Assembly (NCBI GenBank): GCA_050633305.1
Contig: JBOEGF010000011.1
Location: 315,317 to 370,467, forward strand
Length of the DNA: 55,151 nucleotides
DNA from: Nannocystales bacterium
Lineage (GTDB): Bacteria; Myxococcota_A; Polyangia; Nannocystales; Nannocystaceae
Direction of reading: 5' to 3'
Shown here: in pieces, positions 30,079 through 39,953 of the stretch
Position numbering within the stretch: position 1 is the stretch's first letter
Layout: every line of letters begins with the position of its first letter
The notes under the pieces: generated by a model
What the model was told of the DNA's origin: nothing
Seen by the model: the letters and a program-made list of their open reading frames with translations, nothing else
Database searches by the model: none
Translations under genes and position numbers: made by a program

Positions 30079-31050
30079 TCACAGCACCAGGCTCGCTCTG
30101 GGATTCGCGCTCGCTTGCAGCTCGGTCAGCAGCTCGAGCAGGCGCTCGTCGCCCGCCTCGGGGAGTCGCACGTCGAGGGTCACCATGAGGTCTCCGGCGG
30201 GCTTGTCGCCCGCGGGCCTCACCCCGCGCCCACGCAGTCGAAGCGTTTGCCCGCTCTGGGAGCCCGGAGACAGCTTGACGGTGACGGTGCCCCAGGGTGT
30301 GGGGACGTCGACCGGACCGCCTCGATACGCCTCGAGTGCAGTGACGGGGAGGCGAAGTCGGAGGTTGTCGTCCTCGCGGGTGAGCAGCTTGTGCGTGCCG
30401 ACCCGGACGGTGAGCAAGATGTCGCCGGGGGGAGAGCCCGCGCCCCCTTTGCCCCGCAGGCGAAGTTTTGCGCCGTCCTTCATCCCTGCGGGGACCTTGA
30501 CGTCGAGTGTGCTCATGCCGCCGTCGGCGGAGTCGAGTCGCAGGGGGACCGTGGTGCCGACGAGCGCGTCGTTGAAACCGACCGAGATCTCACCGCTGAT
30601 GTCCGCCCCCCGGCGAGCTCGCGGTTGTGCACCACCGCCCGCGCGAACTCGCCCGCCACCGAACAAGCGGGAGAGCAGGTCATCGAAGTTGGTCGCCTTG
30701 GCATCGCCGACGTCGCTAAACATCGAGTCGTCCATGGGGAAGCCCGCGCCCCCGGGGAAGCCTCCACCGCCCGCGTAGGCTCGCTGTTGGCTGCCCTTGT
30801 AGGCGCGCGCCCGGTCTGCATCGAAGCCCTGGGTGAGGCTCATGTCGCCGAACTCGTCGTACAGCGTCCGCCTCTCCGGGTCGGAGAGGACGTCGTAAGC
30901 ACTGGAGACAGACTTGAATCGCTCCTCGGCGGCTTTGTTTCCCGGGTTCTTGTCCGGGTGGAACTTGCGAGTGAGCTGGCGGTAGGCCTTCTTGACCTCG
31001 CTGGCCGAGGCATCACGGCTGACGCCCAAGGTGTTGTAGAGGTCCTTCAC
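30079..31050 (-). CDS. DnaJ/CbpA-class co-chaperone (J domain, G/F region, DnaJ_C, no Zn finger)
   Basis: FHPDKNPG, AYDVLSD and LRLRGKG/LRLRGRG. Confidence 0.92.
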   Translation of the reverse strand: MKDLYNTLGVSRDASASEVKKAYRQLTRKFHPDKNPGNKAAEERFKSVSSAYDVLSDPERRTLYDEFGDMSLTQGFDADRARAYKGSQQRAYAGGGGFPGGAGFPMDDSMFSDVGDAKATNFDDLLSRLFGGGRVRAGGGAQPRARRGADISGEISVGFNDALVGTTVPLRLDSADGGMSTLDVKVPAGMKDGAKLRLRGKGGAGSPPGDILLTVRVGTHKLLTREDDNLRLRLPVTALEAYRGGPVDVPTPWGTVTVKLSPGSQSGQTLRLRGRGVRPAGDKPAGDLMVTLDVRLPEAGDERLLELLTELQASANPRASLVL

Positions 31051-31195
31051 GATCTGCACGCATGGTAAATCGGCGCAGCAGACGCGCAAGGGGGGTGCGA
31101 CGACCTGATCGCACGCGGGGCCCTTGGGAGCCTCGGCGGCGTCTCCGCGAAGCCAGGCAATGGCGTATTGATGCTGTCTGTGGCACTAGAGCGCC

Positions 31196-34069
31196 ATGAG
31201 CACTGGACGCACCGAGCCCCCGGCGGTCAACGCAGCTGCGCTTTCGGAGCACCCGTATGCCGACTTTTTGACCAGTGTTCAGAAGCCAGGCCGCTACCTG
31301 GGGGGGGAGGAGCAGCAGATCCTCAAGTCGCATGAGGACCTGGCGTGCACCTTCGTGCTCGCGTTCCCCGACATCTACGAGATCGGGATGAGCCACTTGG
31401 GCACCCGGATCCTCTACGACCTCATCAACAAAGCGGATGACCTGGTGTGCGAGCGGGCGTTCTCGCCGTGGGTCGACATGGAGGCGGAGCTGCGCAAGCG
31501 CGGGCTGCCGTTGGTCTCGCTCGAAACGCGCACGCCGCTGTCGGAGTTCGACGTGGTGGGGGTCAGCCTCCAGTACGAGCTCTGCTACACGAACGTGCTG
31601 CTCAACCTCGAGTTGGGTGGCGTGCCCTACCGCTCCGACGCGCGGAGCGACTCCGACCCGATCGTCCTCGCGGGCGGTCCGACGGCGACGCACCCCGAGC
31701 CGCTCTCCGATTTCGTCGACGCGTTTTTGGTGGGCGAAGCCGAGGAGGTTCTCCCCGGACTGCTGCGCACGATCGGGACGATGCGTTCGGGGGGTGCATC
31801 GAGGGCCGAGGTCCTCGCCGCAATCGCGAACACCGCTGGCATGTACGTGCCCTCGATGTACGTCGTCGCCGAGGATGCGCGCACGGGACTCGAGGTGGTC
31901 ACGGGGCTCTCGGAGGCCGGGCAGGCGGCGAACGTCGAGCTCTCCGTCCAGCGGGTCTTCGTCCGGGACTTGGACGAGTTCCCGTTTCCCGAGCGATTCC
32001 CCGTGCCGTACGCCGAGGCGATCTTCGACCGCGCCTCGGTCGAGGTGACGCGGGGATGCACCGAGGGCTGCCGATTCTGTCAGGCCGGCATCATCTACCG
32101 ACCGGTCCGCGAGCGGACGCCCGAGGCGATCAAGAAGGCGGTGCTCGGGGGCATCGAAGCGGGCGGCTTCAACGAGACCAGCCTCACCGCGCTGTCCACG
32201 GCCGACGTGTCGTGCATCAACCCGCTGATCAAGGACCTCGTTCCAGAGCTCGCGGAGCGCAAGGTCAAGCTGGGCATCGCCAGCCTGCGCGCGTACGGGC
32301 TCGACGGCGAGCTGCTCGACCAGATCAAGACCGTGGGCATCACGGGCCTGACCTTCGCACCCGAGGCGGGTACGCAGCGGATGCGTGACGTCATCAACAA
32401 GAACGTCACCGAGGACGACATCGCCGAGTCTGCGCGGCGTATCTTCGAGCGCGGCTACGACCGGATGAAGATGTACTTCATCATGGGTCTGCCCACCGAG
32501 ACGGACGAGGATGTCGCCGGCATCATCGAGACGGGGCGTCGCGTGAAGACCATCGCCCGGGAGGCGGGGATGAACCGCCCTCCCGCGATCACGGTGAGCG
32601 TCTCGCAGCACGTGCCCAAACCGCACACCCCGTTCCAATGGGCTGCCATGGACACGATGGAAGACCTGCGGACCAAGGTCACCATGCTGCGCGGGCTCGC
32701 CAAGCAGGCGAAGCTGACGCTGAAGACCCACACCGTGGAGGACAGCTGGTTGGAGTGTCTGTTCGCGCGGGGCGACCGCAAGCTCGGCAAGGCGTTGCAG
32801 CTCGCGTATGAAGCGGGAGCGCGCTTCGATGGGTGGCAGGAGGTCTTTAGTTTTGACCGCTGGCTCGACGCACTCGAAGGTGCGGGGGTCGACCCCACCG
32901 CGTATACGCGCACGCTTCCGGTCGATGCTCGTCTGCCCTGGGACCACATCGACATCGGTCTCGAGCCGGGATTCTTGGCCTCGGAGTGGCAGAAGGCCAC
33001 GCGCAGTCGGCTGTCGCCTCCGTGTGGCAAGGCCGCCGGAGACAAGGTCCACCACACGAACCTGCCCGACGCCGAAGGCGATCAGCGCAAACTCGTCTGC
33101 TACGACTGTGGCATCGCCTGCGACATGAGCGAGATGCGAGACGAGCGGATCGTGGCGCTGCGGAGCCTGCGTTCGTCTCACAAGACGCATGACGCCCCCG
33201 AGCCCGAGATCGCGGCGTCGTCGGGTCTTGTTCCGGCGGAGGCTCTGGTCGGCCGCTTGGGAACCTCCAACCTCGAAGATGGCAACGCTTGGAAAGCCAA
33301 CGCCGAGGCGGCCCACTCTCGGCTTCGTCTGATCTTCGGCAAGCAGGGCCCCCTGCGATTCCTCAGCCACCGGGACCTGCTGCGGATCTTGCCGCGGATG
33401 TTCCGTCGCGCGGAGGTCGAGCTCGCTTTCTCGCGCGGCTACAACCCGATCCCGCGGATGATCTTCAGCCCCGCGCTCGCGCTGGGCATGGCGGCCGAGG
33501 AGGAGGTCGTCGACATCGATGTGCTGCTGCCTCGCTCGCGCGAAGACCTGGCTGGTTTGCTCAGCGACGAGGAGCGCGCAGCGATGGGCGATGACGTTGT
33601 TGCGCGGATCCGCGATGCGGCCCCTCCGGGGTTGGTCATCGTCAGCGGCACGTTGCTCGAGCCCGGCGCGGTCAAGCTGCCCAAGCTGATCGAAGCGGCG
33701 GACTACGCGGTGTCGCTGGAGCCGGACCAGCTCGCCGTGGCCGCGCAGACGGTCGCGCGTCGACTCGCCGAGGGGGAGCTGACGGTGCAACGTGCGGTGC
33801 ACAAAAAGAAGCGCGGGGGCAAGCGTCGGCCGATCCGCAAGGGCGAGGCGCCGCAGGAACGGACGATCAACGTTCGCGAGTATCTCATGGATGCTTCGGT
33901 GCAGGATGGTGCGCTCACGTTCCGACTTCGGGTCGGAAACGACGGTGGCGTTCGTCCCCGGGAGGTCGTCGAAGCGCTGCTTCAGACCCAAGTCGCCGAC
34001 CACCGCATGCGCCGGACCCGGTTGCTCCGGCGCAGAGGCGACGCACTGGTCGGCTTCGCCAGCGTCTGA
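31196..34069 (+). CDS. TIGR03960-type radical SAM protein fused to a TIGR03936-type radical SAM-linked domain
   Basis: KPGRYLGGE, FPD.YEIGMSHLG, RGCTEGCRFC, TFAPEAGTQR and PKPHTPFQW; C-terminal F.K.GPLRFLSH.D...S.G.NP.P. Confidence 0.9.
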   Translation: MSTGRTEPPAVNAAALSEHPYADFLTSVQKPGRYLGGEEQQILKSHEDLACTFVLAFPDIYEIGMSHLGTRILYDLINKADDLVCERAFSPWVDMEAELRKRGLPLVSLETRTPLSEFDVVGVSLQYELCYTNVLLNLELGGVPYRSDARSDSDPIVLAGGPTATHPEPLSDFVDAFLVGEAEEVLPGLLRTIGTMRSGGASRAEVLAAIANTAGMYVPSMYVVAEDARTGLEVVTGLSEAGQAANVELSVQRVFVRDLDEFPFPERFPVPYAEAIFDRASVEVTRGCTEGCRFCQAGIIYRPVRERTPEAIKKAVLGGIEAGGFNETSLTALSTADVSCINPLIKDLVPELAERKVKLGIASLRAYGLDGELLDQIKTVGITGLTFAPEAGTQRMRDVINKNVTEDDIAESARRIFERGYDRMKMYFIMGLPTETDEDVAGIIETGRRVKTIAREAGMNRPPAITVSVSQHVPKPHTPFQWAAMDTMEDLRTKVTMLRGLAKQAKLTLKTHTVEDSWLECLFARGDRKLGKALQLAYEAGARFDGWQEVFSFDRWLDALEGAGVDPTAYTRTLPVDARLPWDHIDIGLEPGFLASEWQKATRSRLSPPCGKAAGDKVHHTNLPDAEGDQRKLVCYDCGIACDMSEMRDERIVALRSLRSSHKTHDAPEPEIAASSGLVPAEALVGRLGTSNLEDGNAWKANAEAAHSRLRLIFGKQGPLRFLSHRDLLRILPRMFRRAEVELAFSRGYNPIPRMIFSPALALGMAAEEEVVDIDVLLPRSREDLAGLLSDEERAAMGDDVVARIRDAAPPGLVIVSGTLLEPGAVKLPKLIEAADYAVSLEPDQLAVAAQTVARRLAEGELTVQRAVHKKKRGGKRRPIRKGEAPQERTINVREYLMDASVQDGALTFRLRVGNDGGVRPREVVEALLQTQVADHRMRRTRLLRRRGDALVGFASV

Positions 34070-34080
34070 CCGTGGTGTCC

Positions 34081-34497
34081 TCAGACCCGCGCTGCGAGCC
34101 CTCGCAGCCGGGCTTCGAGCGTACCGACGACTGCTCGCCCGAGCACCAGCGGTGTGACGAGCATGAGCGACCAAGCGAAGGGGCTGAGCGCCAACGGGAT
34201 CGCCCGGGTCACGGCGCGTACGTGGTGCTCGGGCGGGACGGTCTGCAGCGCCGCGCACGTCTCGATGAGGCCGAAGGTCGCTCCAAGGGCCCCGGCCAAT
34301 CCGGCGGCCACCATCAGACCGAGGATGAGGCCTTCATGCTCCGGGGGCGGTGGCGGTGTGCCGGAGGTGACGCGCCGTACCAGACGGCGGAGCCGGACCG
34401 CACGTGCCGCGAGTAGGCCGGTGCTGGCGAGCGCGAAGAGGGTGATGAGGTGCATGAACACCCCGCCTTGTTGGTAGAACTGGCCGAAGTTCGTCAT
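34081..34497 (-). CDS. MotA/TolQ/ExbB-like small membrane protein
   Basis: FYQQGGVFM N-terminus, G.LG..FGLI and I..AL.P....L in three TM helices. Confidence 0.65.
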   Translation of the reverse strand: MTNFGQFYQQGGVFMHLITLFALASTGLLAARAVRLRRLVRRVTSGTPPPPPEHEGLILGLMVAAGLAGALGATFGLIETCAALQTVPPEHHVRAVTRAIPLALSPFAWSLMLVTPLVLGRAVVGTLEARLRGLAARV

Positions 34498-34596
34498 CCA
34501 CTCCACTGAGCCCAGCAGCGGGGGCGGGGTTTCGACGACCACGAAGAAACCGGCGCATACCCGCAGGTGTCACGCCGGTTCGGAGCCGAGACGAAG

Positions 34597-36675
34597 CTAG
34601 CCCAGCGGGTGCTCGAACTGGGCTGGCTTGCCGCGCATCATGGCCTTGACCCCGATCGCGCTGCTGCTGAGCGTGAGGCTCTTGGCCGCGTTGCTCGCCT
34701 CGAGCGCCGAGCCGTCCGCATACGGCATCGCGTTGGCTTGCTCGATGGTCTCCGCGAGCAGGGTCCGCAGTTCGCTGTCCAGCGTCACGCCTGCTTCGTT
34801 GGTCGTGGCGACGTTGCGGTCCACTTCGACCGTCGCTCCTTCATCTCGGAAGGCCGGCATTGGCGTCTCCCCGGCTGCGAGGGCCGCCGCAAGCTTCATG
34901 CTGGCCCCCGGCAGGTCAGGGATCGGGACGACGTCGGTGACGATGCCCATTGCTTTCGCCTCATCGACCTTGAACCCGTGGCCGGTCAGCAGAATTTCGT
35001 TGATGCGGCCGTAGTGTTCCGCGGTGCTGAAACGATGCGCGTGGTGGCAGCCGCCCAGCCCTGGAATGACGCCAACGGTGGTCTCGGGGAACTGCAAACG
35101 CGTTCGTTCTCCGGCGATGCGAGCGTGGCAGGCCAGGGCGAACTCGAGCGAGCCCCCCAACACGCGGCCCACCAGGGCTGCGACCGTGGGTTTACCCGCC
35201 CGAATCTTGGACAGCGTCTTCTTCCAGCCGTCGATGAGCGCCTGGGCCTTGTCCTGTTTGCCCAGCACGGGTACGAAGTCGAGCAGGCTCGCACCGTGTC
35301 CGAACTCGCGGCTGAAGCTTCCGTCGGGCGCGATGACGATGGCCTTGACCGAAGCGTCGCTGTTCAGCGCCTCCACGGCGCGGTCGAGTTCCGCGATGAA
35401 GGTGTGGCTGATCGTCATCCGCTTGATCGACAGCAGACCGACGCCATCATGGACTGCCGTGTGCACGTAGGCGTTCCACCACTTGGAGGGCTTGTCCGAC
35501 AGGGCGCCCTCGGCGAGGACGGCCAGCGGAGCCACCTCGTCCGCCTTGGTGATGTCCTGCTCGGACAAAAAGCGGGTCGCGATCGCCTTGGACTCGTCGA
35601 ACCCGAGGTTCTGGATGAGCGCCGGGAGCCCTTCACGGAACGCCAGAGCGTTCTCGGAGAGGAAGTTGATCGCGTCGAGCGTCGCGATGTCGTGCTCGAG
35701 CATGTAGGCCGTCAGGCTGATCAACATGCCGAGCATCCGCGTGCGCGCAGCCTCGAACTTCTCGGGCGGGCACTTCTGGCCGCGCTCGTAGGGCCAGGTC
35801 TTGTTGGGGTCCTCGATGTACGCTTTCCAGGCCTCGGGAATCGCGAACAGAGTGCTGTCCACCTCGGTCTGCATCAGCTCCATGCAGTGGGCCGAGAGGT
35901 AGTTGGCCCCTGGGATCAGGTTGTGCACGAAGAATGGCGACGTGCCGAGGGTCTTCTTGCAGACATCGTCGACCTCGGCCGGGGACAAACCCAACTCCAC
36001 GTGGGTCCGCACCGCTTCGAGCATCATTCCGCAGAACAAGCGGTCAGCCGCGAACGAAGGCACGTCGGCGGTGGGGATGAGGTTCATCCCCAAGCCGCCC
36101 AGGAAGCGTTTGATCGACTTGAGCTCGCCCTTGCCGGTCACGGCGCCACGGACCGGCACCTCCCACAGCTTGTTGGTGAGGTGAGGGAAGAACGGGTGCA
36201 TGACCCCGCAACGCTCTTTGCCCTCGAGCTGCTCGAAGAGCATCGTGCTGGGGAAGCCGCTGGTCGCCGAGAAGATGAACGCCTCCGGGTCGCGGGCTCG
36301 CACCGCCGCGTAGAAACTGTGCTTGATGTTGAGCCGCTCGGGGATCGCTTCGAACACGAAGCCGACCTTCAGGTCCGCGGGAAGGTCGTCGATGCCCCCC
36401 TGAACGATTGTGATGCCGTCCATGATCGTGGAGACGGTGTCCGCGTCGAACCGCCCGCCGTAGGCCTTCTCGAGCTTGTCTTTGACCCCCTGCACGTCGG
36501 CCGAGAGGTCCAGAGCCACCACGGGGATGCCCTTGGGTGCGAGCAGGCGGGCGAACTGGCCCAGCTTGCCGAAGCCCACATTGCCGCAAGCACCGGCGAC
36601 CACAAGGGCCCGCACTGGGCCGCCATCGTCGGGCTGGAACACGGGTCGGAGATGGGCGTCCGAGAGTTGCGTCAT
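34597..36675 (-). CDS. Bifunctional 3-hydroxyacyl-CoA dehydrogenase / enoyl-CoA hydratase (HAD N-terminal, ECH C-terminal)
   Basis: GACGNVG Rossmann motif, EAIPE...IK, ATS and MHPFFP..WEV; C-terminal LGGSLE.ALACH.R and PE..VGVIPGLGG. Confidence 0.88.
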   Translation of the reverse strand: MTQLSDAHLRPVFQPDDGGPVRALVVAGACGNVGFGKLGQFARLLAPKGIPVVALDLSADVQGVKDKLEKAYGGRFDADTVSTIMDGITIVQGGIDDLPADLKVGFVFEAIPERLNIKHSFYAAVRARDPEAFIFSATSGFPSTMLFEQLEGKERCGVMHPFFPHLTNKLWEVPVRGAVTGKGELKSIKRFLGGLGMNLIPTADVPSFAADRLFCGMMLEAVRTHVELGLSPAEVDDVCKKTLGTSPFFVHNLIPGANYLSAHCMELMQTEVDSTLFAIPEAWKAYIEDPNKTWPYERGQKCPPEKFEAARTRMLGMLISLTAYMLEHDIATLDAINFLSENALAFREGLPALIQNLGFDESKAIATRFLSEQDITKADEVAPLAVLAEGALSDKPSKWWNAYVHTAVHDGVGLLSIKRMTISHTFIAELDRAVEALNSDASVKAIVIAPDGSFSREFGHGASLLDFVPVLGKQDKAQALIDGWKKTLSKIRAGKPTVAALVGRVLGGSLEFALACHARIAGERTRLQFPETTVGVIPGLGGCHHAHRFSTAEHYGRINEILLTGHGFKVDEAKAMGIVTDVVPIPDLPGASMKLAAALAAGETPMPAFRDEGATVEVDRNVATTNEAGVTLDSELRTLLAETIEQANAMPYADGSALEASNAAKSLTLSSSAIGVKAMMRGKPAQFEHPLG

Positions 36676-36806
36676 CGTCGGCAGGATAGGGTCCCAGCCG
36701 CGGTCGGTGGTTGAGCTGAGATTGAGGAATCCCACTTGCGTGCTCGCGCGTTGAACCCCGTGGGGCGGATGCAGTACGGTGGCCCTCGCTCGACTCTGGA
36801 GTCCTG

Positions 36807-37307
36807 ATGACCGCAACTCGATTCACCATTTTTGGGGCGCTGGCTGCCAGCCTGCTCATGGTTCCAGCCTGCGACGACAAGAAGGCCGACGGAAAGCCCG
36901 CGGCCGAAGCCACCGCCAAGACGGACCCCGAAGCCAAGTCGGGGGCCAAAGACGCGAAAGCGGACGAGAAGACGCCTGAGGACAACGCGGCGGTCGCCGG
37001 GGACGCAAAACCCGACGAGGCGAAACCCGCGGATCTCGACGCAGGCGCGGAAGCCGCGGGTGGCGCAGCCGAGGACTCCATCGGCGTCCCGGTCTGTGAC
37101 GAGTACATCGAGAAGTACGGCGCATGCATCGAGGCGCACGCACCGGAGGCTTCTCGGAAGCAGGCGGCGGAACTCCTCGCCAAGAGCGCGGACCGCTTTA
37201 GGAAGCAGTCCGTCGGCCCCGAGAAGGACTCCCTGGCGCAGTCCTGCAAGGCCGCGCTCGACGCGGTGAAGAAGACCACCAAGGGGTGGGACTGCACCTA
37301 CGAGTGA
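36807..37307 (+). CDS. Hypothetical lipoprotein with K/A/D-rich linker and a C-terminal 4-Cys helical domain
   Basis: Lipobox VPAC, IGVPVCDEYIEKY..C motif, SD GGAG. Confidence 0.85.
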   Translation: MTATRFTIFGALAASLLMVPACDDKKADGKPAAEATAKTDPEAKSGAKDAKADEKTPEDNAAVAGDAKPDEAKPADLDAGAEAAGGAAEDSIGVPVCDEYIEKYGACIEAHAPEASRKQAAELLAKSADRFRKQSVGPEKDSLAQSCKAALDAVKKTTKGWDCTYE

Positions 37308-37502
37308 TCTCTGTGCAGGTGGGGGCTCGGGCCGACGTGTCCCCCGCCGCGGCGGATCATTCGTTTTTTTGAACCCGATGCACTATCTTACGCGTCCCAA
37401 CGGACGCAGGGGCCTCTTGGGGCCGCTCGCAACTCTCGGGCTCGGCCGCACTCGCGCAGCCACCCGAACCAAACTTCCAAACCAACTTCGGAGACAACAA
37501 TC

Positions 37503-37676
37503 ATGAAACTCAGCAAGCTCATCGTTGCCGCCTCGCTCTGCACCTTCGGCCTTTCCATGCCCGCCTGCGACAAGAAGGAAGAGGCAAAGAAAGAGGACAA
37601 GAAGGACGCGAAAGACGGCGACAAAAAAGAAGAAGAGAAGAAGGACGGCGACAAGAAAGAGGAAGAGAAGAAGTAG
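37503..37676 (+). CDS. 57-aa K/E/D-rich small lipoprotein (not in ORF track)
   Basis: MKLSKLIVAASLCTFGLSMPAC-DKKEEAKKEDKKDAKDGDKKEEEKKDGDKKEEEKK, with SD GGAG upstream and a terminator downstream. Confidence 0.85.
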   Translation: MKLSKLIVAASLCTFGLSMPACDKKEEAKKEDKKDAKDGDKKEEEKKDGDKKEEEKK

Positions 37677-37699
37677 TCTTCTCCTCGATCTTTTCGAGG

Positions 37700-37731
37700 A
37701 AGGGCGGTCCGCTTCGGCGGATCGCCCTTTT
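37700..37731 (+). terminator. Intrinsic terminator
   Basis: AAGGGCGGTCCGC-TTCG-GCGGATCGCCCTT-TT: 13-bp stem (one G-U) with a cUUCGg loop. Confidence 0.8.
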
Positions 37732-37823
37732 CGTTGGTTTGTGCAGTCACTGCGACATCTCGGAGCGAGGGCGCGGAAGAACGCGGAGAACCGCCGTGCA
37801 CTGCCTGGTAGGGTCCGCCTGCC

Positions 37824-38552
37824 ATGCGCGCCGACGGACGCTCATTTGACCAGCTTCGCCCTTGCACCATTGCACCCGGGTTCACCCGGAACGCACTGGG
37901 CTCTGCCCTCATTGAGACCGGGAACACCCGCGTCATCTGCACCGCCAGCGTCGAGTCTCGGCCTCCGGGGTGGCTACAGTCCGGCGGATGGGTCACGGCG
38001 CAGTACTCCATGCTCCCGGGCGCCACACATCCTCGCGGTCGCCGAGATCCGGGCGGTCGCGGCAAAGAGATCATGCGGCTGATCGGACGTTCGCTGCGCG
38101 CGGCGGTCGAGCTTCCCGGGCTCGTGGACGTGGACGGCACTGCGATCTCGATCGTCTGCGACTGTGACGTGATCGACGCCGATGGTGGCACCCGAACCGC
38201 TTCGATCACCGGGGCCTATGTCGCGTTGCAACTCGCGCTCTCGAAGCTGGTGAAGCAGGGTCGCCTGGGCGCTGTGCCGATCATCGCGCCGATCGCTGCC
38301 GTGAGCGTCGGCATCATCCCGCACCAGGGGAAGTCGGTCGCGATGTTGGACCTCCCGTACGTCGAGGACAGTGCCGCGGAGGTCGACCTCAACGTCGTGA
38401 AGCTGGCCACCGGAGGACTCGTCGAGGTGCAAGGCACAGCCGAGCGTCACACGTTCTCGCGGCCGCAGCTCGACGCGATGCTCGACTTGGCCGACGTGGG
38501 TACGGAAGCGCTGTTTGCCGTGCAGGCGGCGGCGATCGAGGAGGGGGCATGA
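37824..38552 (+). CDS. rph: Ribonuclease PH
   Basis: [33 protein letters not shown] and [11 protein letters not shown]. Confidence 0.96.
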   Translation: MRADGRSFDQLRPCTIAPGFTRNALGSALIETGNTRVICTASVESRPPGWLQSGGWVTAQYSMLPGATHPRGRRDPGGRGKEIMRLIGRSLRAAVELPGLVDVDGTAISIVCDCDVIDADGGTRTASITGAYVALQLALSKLVKQGRLGAVPIIAPIAAVSVGIIPHQGKSVAMLDLPYVEDSAAEVDLNVVKLATGGLVEVQGTAERHTFSRPQLDAMLDLADVGTEALFAVQAAAIEEGA

Positions 38553-39190
38553 CCCAGAGAATCGTGGTGGCGTCGGGAAACCGGCACAAGGTGAAGGAAC
38601 TCGCCGCGATGTTGGCGGGGGCCCCCACAGCGGTGGACGTCGTCGGGCTTGATGCGTATCCCCAGGCCCCCGAGGTCGAGGAGACGGCCACGACTTTTGC
38701 GGGCAACGCTGCGCTCAAGGCTCGCGGGTTCGCGGACTTTCTCCGCGACCAGGGGGAGTCCGGGGACACCGCGGTGCTCGCCGACGATTCGGGTATCGCG
38801 GTCGATGTGTTGGACGGTGCCCCGGGGGTCTACAGCGCCCGCTACTCGGGGGATGGCGCGACGGATGCCACCAACAACGCCAAGCTCGTGCAGAGCTTGG
38901 AGGCGCTGGGCCTGGCCTCAAGTCCCGCGCACTACGCCTGCGTTCTCGCCCTGTGCCGGGTCGATGGCGAGGCGATCGGCACCGGGGCGATGCTGACGTT
39001 CGAGGGCCGTTGGGATGTCGAGGTCCGCGTCGGGTCGCGAGGCGAGGGCGGGTTCGGCTACGACCCCCATGCTTGGGTCGAAGACGGTGTTCGAACCGTG
39101 GCCGAGCTTACCGAGACCGAAAAGGCCGAGCGCTCGCACCGCGGCGTCGCGCTTCGGGCGATGCTCGCGGCATGGCCCTGGGGGACCTAG
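38549..39190 (+). CDS. rdgB: Non-canonical purine NTP pyrophosphatase (RdgB/HAM1)
   Basis: [35 protein letters not shown] and SHR. Confidence 0.94.
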   Translation: MTQRIVVASGNRHKVKELAAMLAGAPTAVDVVGLDAYPQAPEVEETATTFAGNAALKARGFADFLRDQGESGDTAVLADDSGIAVDVLDGAPGVYSARYSGDGATDATNNAKLVQSLEALGLASSPAHYACVLALCRVDGEAIGTGAMLTFEGRWDVEVRVGSRGEGGFGYDPHAWVEDGVRTVAELTETEKAERSHRGVALRAMLAAWPWGT

Positions 39191-39296
39191 GCATCGCCCG
39201 ATGAGTCCGACGGCCTGGCCAGCGCAAGAGATGGACGGTCGTCGGCGTGTGGCGGGGCGGGTCCGGTGTGTGCGGCATCGGACGTGCTAGCTTCAA

Positions 39297-39938
39297 GTGG
39301 TGGGCGACGATGACTTTGCATTGCTGGACCAATGGGGGTCGGGCGATCGCGGGGCAGGGAACACGCTGCTCATGCGTCACTTCGACACGGTCTACCGGTT
39401 CTTCGTCAGCAAGATCGGGAATGACACCGAGGTCGATGACCTGATCCAGCGGGTCTTCCTGGCCTGTGTAGAGTCGCGGGAACGCTTCCGCCGCGAGGCG
39501 TCGTTTCGCACGTTCTTGCTCACCGTGGCTCGCCACGAGCTGTTTCGGCACTTTCGGCAGAGCCGAACCCGAGGGGCCCGGTCGGAGTCTCTAGGCAGCA
39601 TGAGCGTCGTCGAGCTGGGAAGTTCGGTGCGTGCCGCGATGGTGCGACGCGAAGAAGAGCGGCTGCTTCTCTCCGCGCTTCGCGAAATTCCCGTCGATCT
39701 GCAGATCACGATCGAGCTGCACTACTGGGAAGGCCTCACCACGGCCGAGCTCTCGACCGTGCTCGAGATCCCACAGGGCACGGTCAAGTCGCGGCTCCGC
39801 CGCGCTCGGGAGGCCCTGCATGAAGCGATGGCGCGGATCTCCGAGGACGCGGCCACGCTCGAGTCGACGATCAGCGACTTCGAACACTGGGCGGGTCAGG
39901 TTCGCGAACGTGTTGCACAGGCGCGCGGCCAAGGCTGA
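39297..39938 (+). CDS. ECF RNA polymerase sigma factor
   Basis: Sigma2 (DDLIQRVF, FRTFL..VAR) and sigma4 (LHYWEGL, P.GTVKSRL.RAR). Start may be GTG 39300. Confidence 0.92.
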   Translation: MVGDDDFALLDQWGSGDRGAGNTLLMRHFDTVYRFFVSKIGNDTEVDDLIQRVFLACVESRERFRREASFRTFLLTVARHELFRHFRQSRTRGARSESLGSMSVVELGSSVRAAMVRREEERLLLSALREIPVDLQITIELHYWEGLTTAELSTVLEIPQGTVKSRLRRAREALHEAMARISEDAATLESTISDFEHWAGQVRERVAQARGQG

Positions 39939-39953
39939 CCGCGCCCGTTCCAG

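Noticed and set aside
31051..31195. CIRCE element or riboswitch between the DnaJ-class and radical SAM genes
   Set aside because: No TTAGCACTC-N9-GAGTGCTAA match and no recognisable riboswitch core.
31013..34258. 1081-aa minus-strand ORF
   Set aside because: Antisense shadow of the radical SAM gene, typical of high-GC codon bias, with no recognisable motifs.
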